The position numbers and the translations under genes are program-made. From Spirochaetia bacterium (GTDB lineage Bacteria > Spirochaetota > Spirochaetia > SZUA-6 > Bin103), in assembly GCA_965208575.1 (NCBI GenBank), contig CBDBOV010000006.1, positions 160,001-224,000 of the forward strand: a DNA stretch of 64,000 nt. The letters run 5' to 3'. The notes beneath the pieces were generated by a model that worked only from the letters and a program-made list of their open reading frames with translations, was not told the DNA's origin and ran no database searches. This document shows positions 38,510 to 47,644 of the stretch, in pieces. The stretch's first letter is position 1. Each line of letters opens with the position of its first letter.

Positions 38510-39787
38510 ATGAATGCCCTGAACCGGTCGCTCGTGGAACTCGCCGCCCGGTATGCGCACTGGCGGCGGGTGAGCCTGTGGCGAGTCGGACACCTCGCGG
38601 CCAGTCGCGGGTCGTTCTTCGTGGACCTCCGGGATGGGCGGCGGCACTGCCAGACGAACACCTACACCCGCGTGCTGCAGTGGTTCGCCGACCACTGGCC
38701 GGAGGACCTGGAGTGGCCGCCGGATACGCCGCGACCGGGGCGCGCGGCGAGGGCGCCGGCAGGGCCGGCGGACTCGGGGCTGGCGGCCGACCGGGAGGCG
38801 CTGCTGTCGTTCAAGAACGGACTGGTCGACGGCGCCGCGCTGAATTGGTCGCAGGAGCGCGGCCTGCGCGGGTGGGTCGGGGTGACCCTCGGCGGCACGC
38901 CGCCGCGCGTGACCCGGCTCGATGTCAGCGCCCGCGGCCTGCGCGGCCCCATCGCCCCCGAACTCGGCAACCTTGCCCGCCTGACCCGGCTGTGGCTCGC
39001 CGACAACCGCTTGTCCGGGCCGATTCCGGGCGCCCTCGGCCGACTCGCCGACCTCACCTCGCTGGCGCTCTGGGGCAACGAGCTGTCGGGCCCCATTCCG
39101 CCCGAACTCGGCGCGCTGACAAGCCTGACGACGCTATCCCTGGCCAGGAACCGGCTGTGCGGCGCCATTCCCCGCGAGTTGTGCGGGCTGGCGGATCTGC
39201 GATTCCTGTTCCTGTGGGGGAACCGCCTGACGGGCGCGATCCCGGCGCAACTGGGGGAGCTTTCCCGCCTCACCGAGTTGGCGCTGTCGGAGAACCGGCT
39301 GACCGGGCCGATCCCTTGCCAACTGGGCAAACTGGCACCGCTGACCAGGCTCCTGCTGTCCGACAATGGGTTGAGCGGTCCTATCCCCGCCGAGCTCGCC
39401 GGGCTGCGCAACCTCAAGGTCCTCGACCTCGCGGGCAACCGATTGAGCGGACCGATTCCGCCGCAAATCGGCGATCTGACCGGTCTCGCCTCGCTGCAGG
39501 TGGACGGCAACCGGCTGACCGGTCCGATTCCGCTGGAGCTCGGCGAGCTCGCCAACCTGCGCAGGCTGGACCTGGGCGGCAACCGGTTGAACGGACCCGT
39601 TCCATACCAACTCGGCCGGCTGCGGAGACTGGTGTCGCTGGACCTGGGCGACAACCACTTCGACGGGCCGTTCCCGAGCGGACTTGAGGCTTTGACCGAG
39701 CTGCGGGTACTGCGGACTTCCGGCAACCCGTCGATCTCCGCGTCCATCCCGGAGGCCCTGAAGAACAGTCTGCTTGCCATCGTGTGA
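38510..39787 (+). CDS. Cro-like DNA-binding domain fused to LRR N-cap plus 12 plant-type 24-aa LRRs
   Basis: N-term ..GSFFVDLRDGR..YTRVLQWFADHWPEDLEWPPDTPRP; cap DREALLSFK..NWS..W.GV; repeats LxxLxLxxNxLSGPIPxELGxL; no signal peptide. Confidence 0.85.
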   Translation: MNALNRSLVELAARYAHWRRVSLWRVGHLAASRGSFFVDLRDGRRHCQTNTYTRVLQWFADHWPEDLEWPPDTPRPGRAARAPAGPADSGLAADREALLSFKNGLVDGAALNWSQERGLRGWVGVTLGGTPPRVTRLDVSARGLRGPIAPELGNLARLTRLWLADNRLSGPIPGALGRLADLTSLALWGNELSGPIPPELGALTSLTTLSLARNRLCGAIPRELCGLADLRFLFLWGNRLTGAIPAQLGELSRLTELALSENRLTGPIPCQLGKLAPLTRLLLSDNGLSGPIPAELAGLRNLKVLDLAGNRLSGPIPPQIGDLTGLASLQVDGNRLTGPIPLELGELANLRRLDLGGNRLNGPVPYQLGRLRRLVSLDLGDNHFDGPFPSGLEALTELRVLRTSGNPSISASIPEALKNSLLAIV

Positions 39788-39964
39788 GTAGCGGCGATCC
39801 CGCGGCGGCGGTCAGATCGGCGATCCTCCGCAGGTCGCGGAGTCCACCGGCGGCCCGGCAGCCGCTTGACGGCGTCGTTCAGACGAGTGCGTCCGGTCAG
39901 GCGATTGCGTTCCAGGCAAAGCCGGCATGGGGTCGCATCGCTCTCCGGTTTCCCGTTCGCGACG

Positions 39965-41122
39965 CTACGCGTCCACCTGGTAGCGGTCGAGCACGCGCCG
40001 GTCGGGCTCGAAGCCGATGCCGGGCGCGGTGGGGACGGTGAACACCATGCCGGGACCGGCCGCGGGCGGGTTCAGGTTGAGTTCCTCGCGCAGCGGGTTG
40101 TAGGTGCGGTCCAGCTCCAGCAGGGGCTCGCGCGGCGCCAGGCCGGGCGGGCACGGCGCGATCATCGCCAGCGCCTGCAACGCGGCGGCGACGGCGATGC
40201 CCGTGCCCCACACGTGCGGGATGCAGCGCACGTGCCCGGCGTCGGCAAGGTCGGCGACCTTCAGCACCTCGGTAAGCCCGCCGGCGGCGCAGCAGTCGGG
40301 CTGCACGATGTCCGCGGCCTCGTGGCGCAGCAGCTCCGCGAACCCCCAGCGCCCGAACTCCGCCTCGCCGGTGGCGACCGGTATCGGCGACTCCCGCCGA
40401 AAGCGGCCCAGGCCGCGCTGGTCCTCCGGGATCAGCGGCTCCTCGAACCAGTCGATGCCGTAGCGGTCGATGCGCCGCGCCACCTCGCGCGCCGCGGCCC
40501 GGTCGTAGGCGTGGTTGGCGTCCACCATCAGGCGCACCTCCGGCCCCACCGCGTCGCGTACGGCGGCCACCACCGCCACGTCGTCCTCGATGCCGAACCC
40601 GATCTTGACCTTGAGCGCCGTGAACCCGGCCGCGACGTAGCGCAGCGCCTCCTCCACCAGCAGCGGCGCCTGCCCGGTGAGGCCGCCGGCGGCCTGCTTG
40701 CGGTAGAACCCGGTGGCGTATGCGGCCACCTGCCGGCGGTAGGTGCGCCCCGCGAGGCGGTGGCACGGCACGCCGAAGTGCTTGCCGGCCAGGTCCCACA
40801 GGGCGATATCCACGGCGCTCAGCGCCTCCAGCGCGGTGCCCTTGCGGCCGTGATCGCGCATCGCGTTGTACAGCTCCAGCCACAGCGTCTCGCGGTCGCG
40901 GGCGTCGCGTCCGAGCAGCAGCGGCGCGTACACCTCGTCGATCAGCGCGGCGTTGGTGGCGGGCGGCCCGAACGCTTCCCCGAACCCGATGGTGCCGTCG
41001 GCGGTCTCGATCTCCAGCACCAGCGAGCGGCGCCGGCGATACCACGCCTGCGAGTAGGCGAACACCTCGCCGTCCGGCAGGTCGACGCTGACAATGGCAG
41101 GGCGGACGTGCGCAATTCTCAT
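39965..41122 (-). CDS. Mandelate racemase/muconate lactonising (enolase superfamily) enzyme
   Basis: SAVDIALWDLAGK, KVKIG, LMVDANH, WFEEP, TGE, QPD, PHVW. Confidence 0.92.
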   Translation of the reverse strand: MRIAHVRPAIVSVDLPDGEVFAYSQAWYRRRRSLVLEIETADGTIGFGEAFGPPATNAALIDEVYAPLLLGRDARDRETLWLELYNAMRDHGRKGTALEALSAVDIALWDLAGKHFGVPCHRLAGRTYRRQVAAYATGFYRKQAAGGLTGQAPLLVEEALRYVAAGFTALKVKIGFGIEDDVAVVAAVRDAVGPEVRLMVDANHAYDRAAAREVARRIDRYGIDWFEEPLIPEDQRGLGRFRRESPIPVATGEAEFGRWGFAELLRHEAADIVQPDCCAAGGLTEVLKVADLADAGHVRCIPHVWGTGIAVAAALQALAMIAPCPPGLAPREPLLELDRTYNPLREELNLNPPAAGPGMVFTVPTAPGIGFEPDRRVLDRYQVDA

Positions 41123-41325
41123 GCCGGACGCATTATAGATTATAGTAGGCCCGACGGAGGGATTCGACCGGATGAGCGCGACACACGCCGACTACCACGC
41201 CCGCGGATACCTGCCATCGTGCGAGCGTCTATTGCGCTTGCGCCGGCGTTCGGCACGCGCTGGCTGGACACCGGGGCCGGACGTTGAACCCCGCCGGCCC
41301 CGGCGCGCCGGTTGCCGGCGTCGCT

Positions 41326-41943
41326 CTATCGCAGCACGTCGAGAATCGCATCCGGCAGCCACTGTTGCCGTGCGTCAGGAAACCGCCGCGGGGCGACGAG
41401 TTCGGTAAGCGGCTCGGTGGTCCGCGTCAGGAACTGGTCCCCGCGCGGACCCGTATAGATCTCGATCTGGCGCTCCACGAGATTGACGATCCACACCTCC
41501 GGAATGGCGTGCGCGGCATATAGCGGCAACTTCACGTTCCGATCCTTGTCCAGCGTGGTGTCCGACACCTCGACCAGAAGAAAGACATCCGCGGGGCGCG
41601 GGTGGTCCGGATATACCTTCTCGGGATCCGCGACCAGCATCAGGTCAGGCTGGGGAAGATTCACGTCGTCCAGATCGTCAGAGAGGCGAAGCGGCCCCTG
41701 GCTCACGATCTGCGCAAGGTCGCCGAGAGTGCGCTGGAAGCGCCTCGCCAGGTGGGAGACCGCCGCGGCATGAGGTGGATCGATGGTCATGGCGACGAGC
41801 TGACCGTCGAGCAATTCGACATGCTGATCTCCGTCGATGATGCCGGCACGCTCCATCGTGCGCAGTTCACGATAGGTAAGGCGGCGCACTCCGAGTACGT
41901 CGGCAAGTTCTTTCTGCAGAGTTCTTTGCGTCAGGACACCCAT
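41326..41943 (-). CDS. Uma2 (DUF820) family endonuclease
   Basis: VELLDGQL, PQPDL, LLVEVSDTTLDKDRNVKLPLYA..IPEVWIVNL. Confidence 0.92.
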   Translation of the reverse strand: MGVLTQRTLQKELADVLGVRRLTYRELRTMERAGIIDGDQHVELLDGQLVAMTIDPPHAAAVSHLARRFQRTLGDLAQIVSQGPLRLSDDLDDVNLPQPDLMLVADPEKVYPDHPRPADVFLLVEVSDTTLDKDRNVKLPLYAAHAIPEVWIVNLVERQIEIYTGPRGDQFLTRTTEPLTELVAPRRFPDARQQWLPDAILDVLR

Positions 41944-41983
41944 GCCGCCTGCCAGCAGTATACCACGAACCGGGCAACAACTC

Positions 41984-42019
41984 CCGTACATCCGTACATC
42001 TCCGTACATTCGGTACATC
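41984..42019 (+). repeat. Short tandem repeat CCGTACAT x4 at the transposon target site
   Basis: ccgtacat ccgtacat ct ccgtacat t cggtacat c. Confidence 0.7.
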
Positions 42020-42317
42020 CCTATTGCCTCACGTAAAAATCTAACCTTACGGTGAGCGTGCCTCACGTAAGAATCTAACCGAAAGGGAGGCGGAGAACGA
42101 GGGGGGAGCGCGAGGGGGGAGACTCATAAATTGTGGATAAGTGGATAGGCTGCTGGGCGACCGGCCGGGTTGATTCAAGCACACCAACGCGACCGGGGGC
42201 GTATCTGGTTGGTCGGCGCGGATGAGGAGGCGTCAACGGCAGGGAGGTGGTCGGTGCCGTGTCGTGTCGCTGACCGAAGAGGGGGCGGACGGGTCTGGAG
42301 GCGACTTCGGTGCTGGT

Positions 42318-44353
42318 GACACGGGGATGTCCAGACACCACCTCGTGTCGCGGAGAGGCCTTACAGCGCGGCTGAGGCGACATTTCTTGACGCCGACCGT
42401 CTGGCTCACGGATATACGGGCGTCAGAGACGCTCAGAAGTCATTTGCCGAGCCGGGTGATGCCGCCCACGCCGCGATCGGCGCGCAGGTTGCTGCGGAGC
42501 GCACGGAGCGAGGCGCCCCGGACAACTGCACCGAGGTGCGTTGCCCGGGGCAGGGTCATGACAATTCCCCACCGCCGGGACGGGGTAGGCGACGAGGTTG
42601 CGACACCGGAGCCGTCGGGATCGAACGGGGCGGAGGAGATGCTGTACCCCGCTGACGGACGGAGGGCGTAGCCCGACCGGAGTCAGCCGGCGCGGTGCCG
42701 TGGAGGCCACCGTGGACGACGCCGAGATGGCGGACCAGGCAGCCAAGCTGCTCGCTTCCGGGATGAGCGGCTCAGCCTGCGCTCGCGAACTCGGCATCCC
42801 GGTGAGCACCTTCAACGAGAACCGCCGCGCCGGCGTCATCACAGATCCCACCCGGGAGCCCGCCGCCAGCGCCGAGGTTGCGCCGGCGGCCACCACCACT
42901 GATCACCCGGTCAGCACCGCCGCCGCGGTCAGCGACCCGGCGGTCGCCACTGAGCGCGCCAGCCGCGACGCCCGCGACAAGCACGCGCCCATGGGCCGCG
43001 CGGCGCGCGACGTGGAACGCCGCACGCTCGCCAGAGCCGGCCTGCTGACCGAGGCCACACCAGCGTTCGTCGAGCCCGCCCACGCGGTCGCTGGCGGCGG
43101 CGTGCTGGCCGCACTGGCGATGCTGCTGCGCGAGGGCCTGCTCACCGCCGCCAACCGCCTGTTCCGCCTGCCGGCCGGATTCTACGGCCTGACCACCATC
43201 CTCCTGTTCGTCGCCTGCATGACCCTGGCCCGGGTGCGCAACCCCGAGAGCCTGCGCTACCAGGCACCCGGCGAGTGGGGCGCCATCCTCGGCCTCGACC
43301 GCTGTCCGGAGACCAAGACGCTGCGCCGCAAGATCAGGCTGCTGGCCAGCGCCGAGCACACCGTGCGCGATTGGCAATCGGTACTGGCGCGTACCTGGGC
43401 CAGCGAGCACGACGACGACTGGACGACGCTGGCCGTGGATGGCCACGTGAAGGTGTACACCGGGCGCAACGGGCGGTTGCCGAAACACTTCGTCGCACGC
43501 CAGAAGCTGTGTCTGCCGGCGTCGGTGAGCTACTGGATCAACGCCCTCGGCGGCGCACCGCTGCTGTGCCTGCACAAGGCGCTGGACCCGAAGCCGGTGA
43601 ATGCGATCAAGCACGACGTGGTGCCGCAGTTGCAGCACCTGGGGGTGGTGACCGAAGCGGCCCCCGACCTGACCGGAGCACCGGCCGGTACCCCGCAGCT
43701 GACCCTGGTGTTCGACCGCGAGGGCTGGAGCCCGGACCTGTTCAAGCGCCTGGCCCGGCGTGGCATCGCCTGCATCACCTGGCACAAGAACTTCAACGGC
43801 GCGGACTGGCTGCCGGAAGACTTCCACACCTTCGAGGTACCGATCCATGGTCCCGCCGGCACCAGCACGACTGCGGTTGATCTGGCCGAGCAGCCGATCA
43901 TGCTGCGCAACGGGCTGGTGGTGCGCCAGATCCGGCGGCGTCTGGCCAACGGTCGTCAGGTGGCGGTGATCACCACGCACCCGCAGATGCCGTTGGCGCA
44001 GGTCGCCGGCGCCATGTTCTCGCGCTGGTCGCAGGAGAACTTCTTCAAGTACCTGCGCGAGCAGTTCAACCTTGACGCGCTGCCGAGCCATGACCTTGCG
44101 CCGCCGGAGCCCGACGCACGGGTCGTGAACCGGTGCGCCGGGCCCTGGAAAAGAGCATCAGGCGGGTACGCAGCCGGCTGGCAGCGGTCCGCAATCGCCT
44201 CGCCGAGGCACTGCAGGGACGGCACCGGGACTCCGCCACCCGGCTTACGGTCGCGGATAAAGTTGCACTGAATTGCATGGTTATGCATAGACACGGGGGT
44301 ATCCAGACACCACCTCGTGTCGTGGAGGGGCCTTACAGCGCGGCTGAGGCGAC
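42318..44353 (+). repeat. Pair of ~65-bp direct repeats (42318-42381, 44290-44353) flanking the inner transposase
   Basis: GACACGGGG..TCCAGACACCACCTCGTGTCG.GGAG.GGCCTTACAGCGCGGCTGAGGCGAC in both copies. Confidence 0.85.
42700..44271 (+). pseudogene. Putative DDE transposase, frameshifted/truncated at the 3' end (start uncertain)
   Basis: HTH (ACARELGIPVST), LGLDRCPE.KTLRRK, VDGHVKVYTG, LVFDREGWS, RWSQENFFKY; frameshift near 44130. Confidence 0.75.
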
Positions 44354-44413
44354 GTTTTCTCATCGCTGACCGCCCATTCTCCGATTATCGACCGTCAGAC
44401 CCGCCTGAGAGGG

Positions 44414-45688
44414 TCATTTTGCCGTGCGACCGCTGCCACCACGCTCCTCGCTCGGTGTTTGCACCGTGCTTGGTGCGGCCTTGGCGGTCTTGCTGACGTT
44501 CAGCTGCAGCAGATCCTCGGTCAACCTGGTCAGCTCGCGCTTGAGGGCGACCGGATTCAACGTCGCGTACTGCTGCTTGAGGCGGTTCTTCACCTTCTCG
44601 CTCACCGACTCGGAGGCCAGCATGCGGTGATACGGCGTCTGCGGGTCGTCATAGATGCGGCGCACCTTGCTGCCGGTGCGGGTTTTCTTCACCAGCTTCA
44701 CCGAGGGATAGAAGAAGTTCACCAGCAGGCACAGCGGGCGGTATATCGCGTTGAGGGCAGCCAGTTCCCGGTCGGTGTCGTAACGCAGGTGGCCGACCGC
44801 CCGTCGCACCACGTGGCCATTCTTCTGCTCGACGTAGCAGGTGTCGTTCTTGCGATGCGGGCGACCCCGAGTGAACGTGATGCCGTGCGCTTCGCAATAG
44901 CGCAGCAAATGATGATTGATGAACTCGCTGCCGTTGTCGGTGTCGATCCCCCGCATCACGATCGGCAGGCTCTGCCGGGCAGCGTCGATCGCCTCGTGGG
45001 TCCAGCGCTGCGCCTTGTTCTGCACGCCGTACAGGTCGACCCAGCCGGTGTCAACGTCGGTGATGGTGAGCGTGTGGCAGAAGTCGCCTGACGCGTTGCC
45101 GCCTTCATGGCCCACCAAGTCGATCTCGAAGAAGCCCGGCTCCTGCTCGTCCCAGTCAGCGAAGGTTCGGATCGCGATCTGATCCTTCAGGAGGGTGCCC
45201 GGCTTGGTGTGCGTGCGACCCTTCAGGCGCAGCCGTGCGCGCTCCTGCTGCAGCAGCCGGTCGATGGTCGCGGCGCTGATGGTCTGCAGCTTGCCGCGCA
45301 CCGCTGCGGTCAGCTCGATCTCGCCGAACGACTCCAGCGTCGGCAGCATGGTGCGCAGCACGACCACCAGGCGCTTGCCGCACATGCAGTCGAACACGTA
45401 CCAGATCAGCTTCAGAGCGACCAGCACCTCCTGGTCGTAGCGCCGCGGTCGCACGCGGCGCTGGGCAGGCCGCGGACGCCCGACCACCAGCTTCACCAGT
45501 GTGCCGTCGACTCGCACCATGCGGGTCCGTCCCCACCAGGTCAACAGATGGATCGCGTACTTGCGCTGGTACCCGGTCGACTCGACGAACTCGTCGAGTA
45601 TGCGCCCCTTCTCCTTCTTGCCCGCCCGACGATACCGCTGCGCGTGCTGCTCGGTGAGCTCTCGCCTTGAACTCATCTTCAACCCCAT
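44414..45688 (-). CDS. rve/DDE integrase-domain transposase
   Basis: RYRRAGKKEKGRILDEF, ISAATIDRLL, EIDLVGHEG, IDTDNGSEF, YVEQKN; GGAG RBS. Confidence 0.92.
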   Translation of the reverse strand: MGLKMSSRRELTEQHAQRYRRAGKKEKGRILDEFVESTGYQRKYAIHLLTWWGRTRMVRVDGTLVKLVVGRPRPAQRRVRPRRYDQEVLVALKLIWYVFDCMCGKRLVVVLRTMLPTLESFGEIELTAAVRGKLQTISAATIDRLLQQERARLRLKGRTHTKPGTLLKDQIAIRTFADWDEQEPGFFEIDLVGHEGGNASGDFCHTLTITDVDTGWVDLYGVQNKAQRWTHEAIDAARQSLPIVMRGIDTDNGSEFINHHLLRYCEAHGITFTRGRPHRKNDTCYVEQKNGHVVRRAVGHLRYDTDRELAALNAIYRPLCLLVNFFYPSVKLVKKTRTGSKVRRIYDDPQTPYHRMLASESVSEKVKNRLKQQYATLNPVALKRELTRLTEDLLQLNVSKTAKAAPSTVQTPSEERGGSGRTAK

Positions 45689-45884
45689 CTCCTCCGGAAC
45701 CTCCTCACGTCCCTCGGAGAGGCTCCAACCGGACCCGGAAGGTCCAGCCCGTTCGGTTAGATTTTTAGATGAGGCATGCTTTCGCTACGGTTAGATTTTC
45801 GATGAGTCAATGCGACATCTGGTATAGCCGGGCACTTACCGGCTACTATCGTGTCCACTGCGTGCACTACGGGGGATTGACGAC

Positions 45885-47639
45885 ATGCAGACCGGACAGT
45901 CCGCGAGCCGCACCGGCGTACGCTACGAACCGAACGAAAAGCCGCCGCGCGCGTTGACGGTCGGGCTCGGCCTGCAGTTCACCATTCTGTGCATCGCGGG
46001 GGTGGTGCTGACGCCGGCGATCGTGGTGCGCGCCGCCGGCGGCAGCGAGACCTACCTGTCGTGGGCGGTGTTCGCGGCCGTCGCGGTCAGCGGCACCACC
46101 ACCGTGCTGCAGGCGGTCCGGTTCGGCCGCATCGGCGCCGGCTACGTGCTGCTGATGGGCACCTCCGGAGCATTCATCGCGGTGTGCGTGGGGGCCCTGG
46201 CCCAGGGCGGCCCGGCGATGCTGGCCACCCTGGTAGTCATCTCCTCGCTGTTCCAGTTCGCGCTCGCGGCGCGGCTCTCGCTGCTGCGCAGGGTGCTCAC
46301 GCCGACGGTGGCGGGAACGGTGATCATGCTGATCGCGGTCACGGTGATGCCGATCGTGTTCGACATGCTGAGCCAGGTGCCGGAAGGCGCCGCGCCGCTG
46401 GCCGCTCCGGTCAGCGCCCTGGTCACCGTGCTGGTGATCTCCGGGCTGGCACTGAAGGCCACCGGCCCGCTGCGCCTGTGGGCGCCGGTGGTCGGCGTCG
46501 TCGCCGGCTCGCTGGTCGCCGCTGCGTTCGGCCTGTACGACGCCGCCGCCGTCGGGCGGGCAGCGTGGGTCGGCATTCCCAACACCGCGTGGCCCGGCTT
46601 CGACCTGAGCTTCGGGCCGGTATTCTGGGCCCTGCTGCCGGCGTTCGTGTTCGTCACCCTGGTCGGCGCCATCGAGACGATCGGCGACGGCGTGGCCATC
46701 CAGCGCGTGTCGTGGCGCCGCCCGCGCGCCGTGGACTTCCGCGCCGTGCAGGGCGCGGTGGCCGCCGACGGCGCCGGCAACCTGCTCTCCGGCCTGGCCG
46801 GCACGGTACCCAACACCACCTATTCGACGAGCATCGCGGTAACCGAACTGACCGGCGTCGGCGCGCGCGGGGTCGGCGTCGCCATCGGGGTGATCTTCGT
46901 GGCGCTGGCGTTCCTGCCCAAGGCGCTCGGCGCGGTCCTGGCGATCCCCCCGCCCGTGGCGTCCGCGTACATAACCGTGCTGTTGGCGATGCTGTTCGTC
47001 ACCGGCATGAAGATGGTGATCCAGGATGGCATCGATTACCGCAAGGGGCTGGTCGTCGGCGTTTCGTTCTGGGCCGGCGTCGGCTTCCAGGGCGGCGTGA
47101 TCTTTCCCGAGTACTTCGCGGAGTTCGCCGGCGGCCTGTTGCAGAACGGCATGACCGCGGGCGGCCTGGTGGCGATCCTGATGACCCTGTTCATGGAGCT
47201 GACCAAGCCGCGCCGGCGCCGCCTGGAAGTGGAGGCCGACCTCGCCAACCTGCCGCAGATCACCGAGTTCCTCGACACGTTCGCGAAACGCAATGGCTGG
47301 GATCAGGCGATGGCGCAGCGCCTCAATGCGGCCGGAGAAGAGACGCTGACTTCATTGGTCGAACAGGAAGGAACCAAGGGCGATGCCCCGGCACGCCGGC
47401 GCCTGCTGCTCGTCGCCCGCAAGGAAGACGGCGGCGCCCTGCTGGAGTTCATCGCCTCCACCGGCCAGGACAACCTGCAGGACCGGCTCGCCCTGGTCGA
47501 CGCCCACTCCGCCGAGGTCCCGGACGAGCGCGAAATCTCGCTGCGGCTGTTGCGCCACCTCGCCTCGTCGGTGCGCCACGAGCAGTACCACGACACCGAA
47601 ATCGTCACCGTCCGCGTCGACCCTCCCCGCACGGCGTAG
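45885..47639 (+). CDS. NCS2 (xanthine/uracil) permease with C-terminal RsbW/HATPase-like domain
   Basis: GTSGAF, IETIGD, ADGAGN..PNTTYS; tail LEVEADLANLPQITEFL..RLNAAGEETL..ISLRLLRHLASSVRH. Confidence 0.85.
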   Translation: MQTGQSASRTGVRYEPNEKPPRALTVGLGLQFTILCIAGVVLTPAIVVRAAGGSETYLSWAVFAAVAVSGTTTVLQAVRFGRIGAGYVLLMGTSGAFIAVCVGALAQGGPAMLATLVVISSLFQFALAARLSLLRRVLTPTVAGTVIMLIAVTVMPIVFDMLSQVPEGAAPLAAPVSALVTVLVISGLALKATGPLRLWAPVVGVVAGSLVAAAFGLYDAAAVGRAAWVGIPNTAWPGFDLSFGPVFWALLPAFVFVTLVGAIETIGDGVAIQRVSWRRPRAVDFRAVQGAVAADGAGNLLSGLAGTVPNTTYSTSIAVTELTGVGARGVGVAIGVIFVALAFLPKALGAVLAIPPPVASAYITVLLAMLFVTGMKMVIQDGIDYRKGLVVGVSFWAGVGFQGGVIFPEYFAEFAGGLLQNGMTAGGLVAILMTLFMELTKPRRRRLEVEADLANLPQITEFLDTFAKRNGWDQAMAQRLNAAGEETLTSLVEQEGTKGDAPARRRLLLVARKEDGGALLEFIASTGQDNLQDRLALVDAHSAEVPDEREISLRLLRHLASSVRHEQYHDTEIVTVRVDPPRTA

Positions 47640-47644
47640 CCGGG

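Larger units (their letters stand above)
42020..45814. mobile_element. 3795-bp transposon with doubled terminal repeats and 5-bp target duplication, containing a second truncated transposase
   Basis: Left CCTATTGCCTCACGTAAAAATCTAACC plus second copy GCCTCACGTAAGAATCTAACC; right GGTTAGATTTTTAGATGAGGCA and GGTTAGATTTTCGATGAGTCAATGCG; ACATC at 42015-42019 and 45815-45819. Confidence 0.85.

Noticed and set aside
38900-39720. 72-bp periodicity as CRISPR or DGR repeats
   Set aside because: Coding LRR units with synonymous divergence; no spacers, cas genes or reverse transcriptase
37643-39787. Intact prophage
   Set aside because: No integrase, replication, terminase or structural genes in the window
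41984-42082. Short repeats as CRISPR array or plasmid iterons
   Set aside because: Too short and unspaced; the longer pair matches the opposite transposon end in inverted orientation
45989-47644. 1101-aa ORF as an extended BVMO
   Set aside because: First half is an alternate frame over the NCS2 permease; the BVMO begins at 47645
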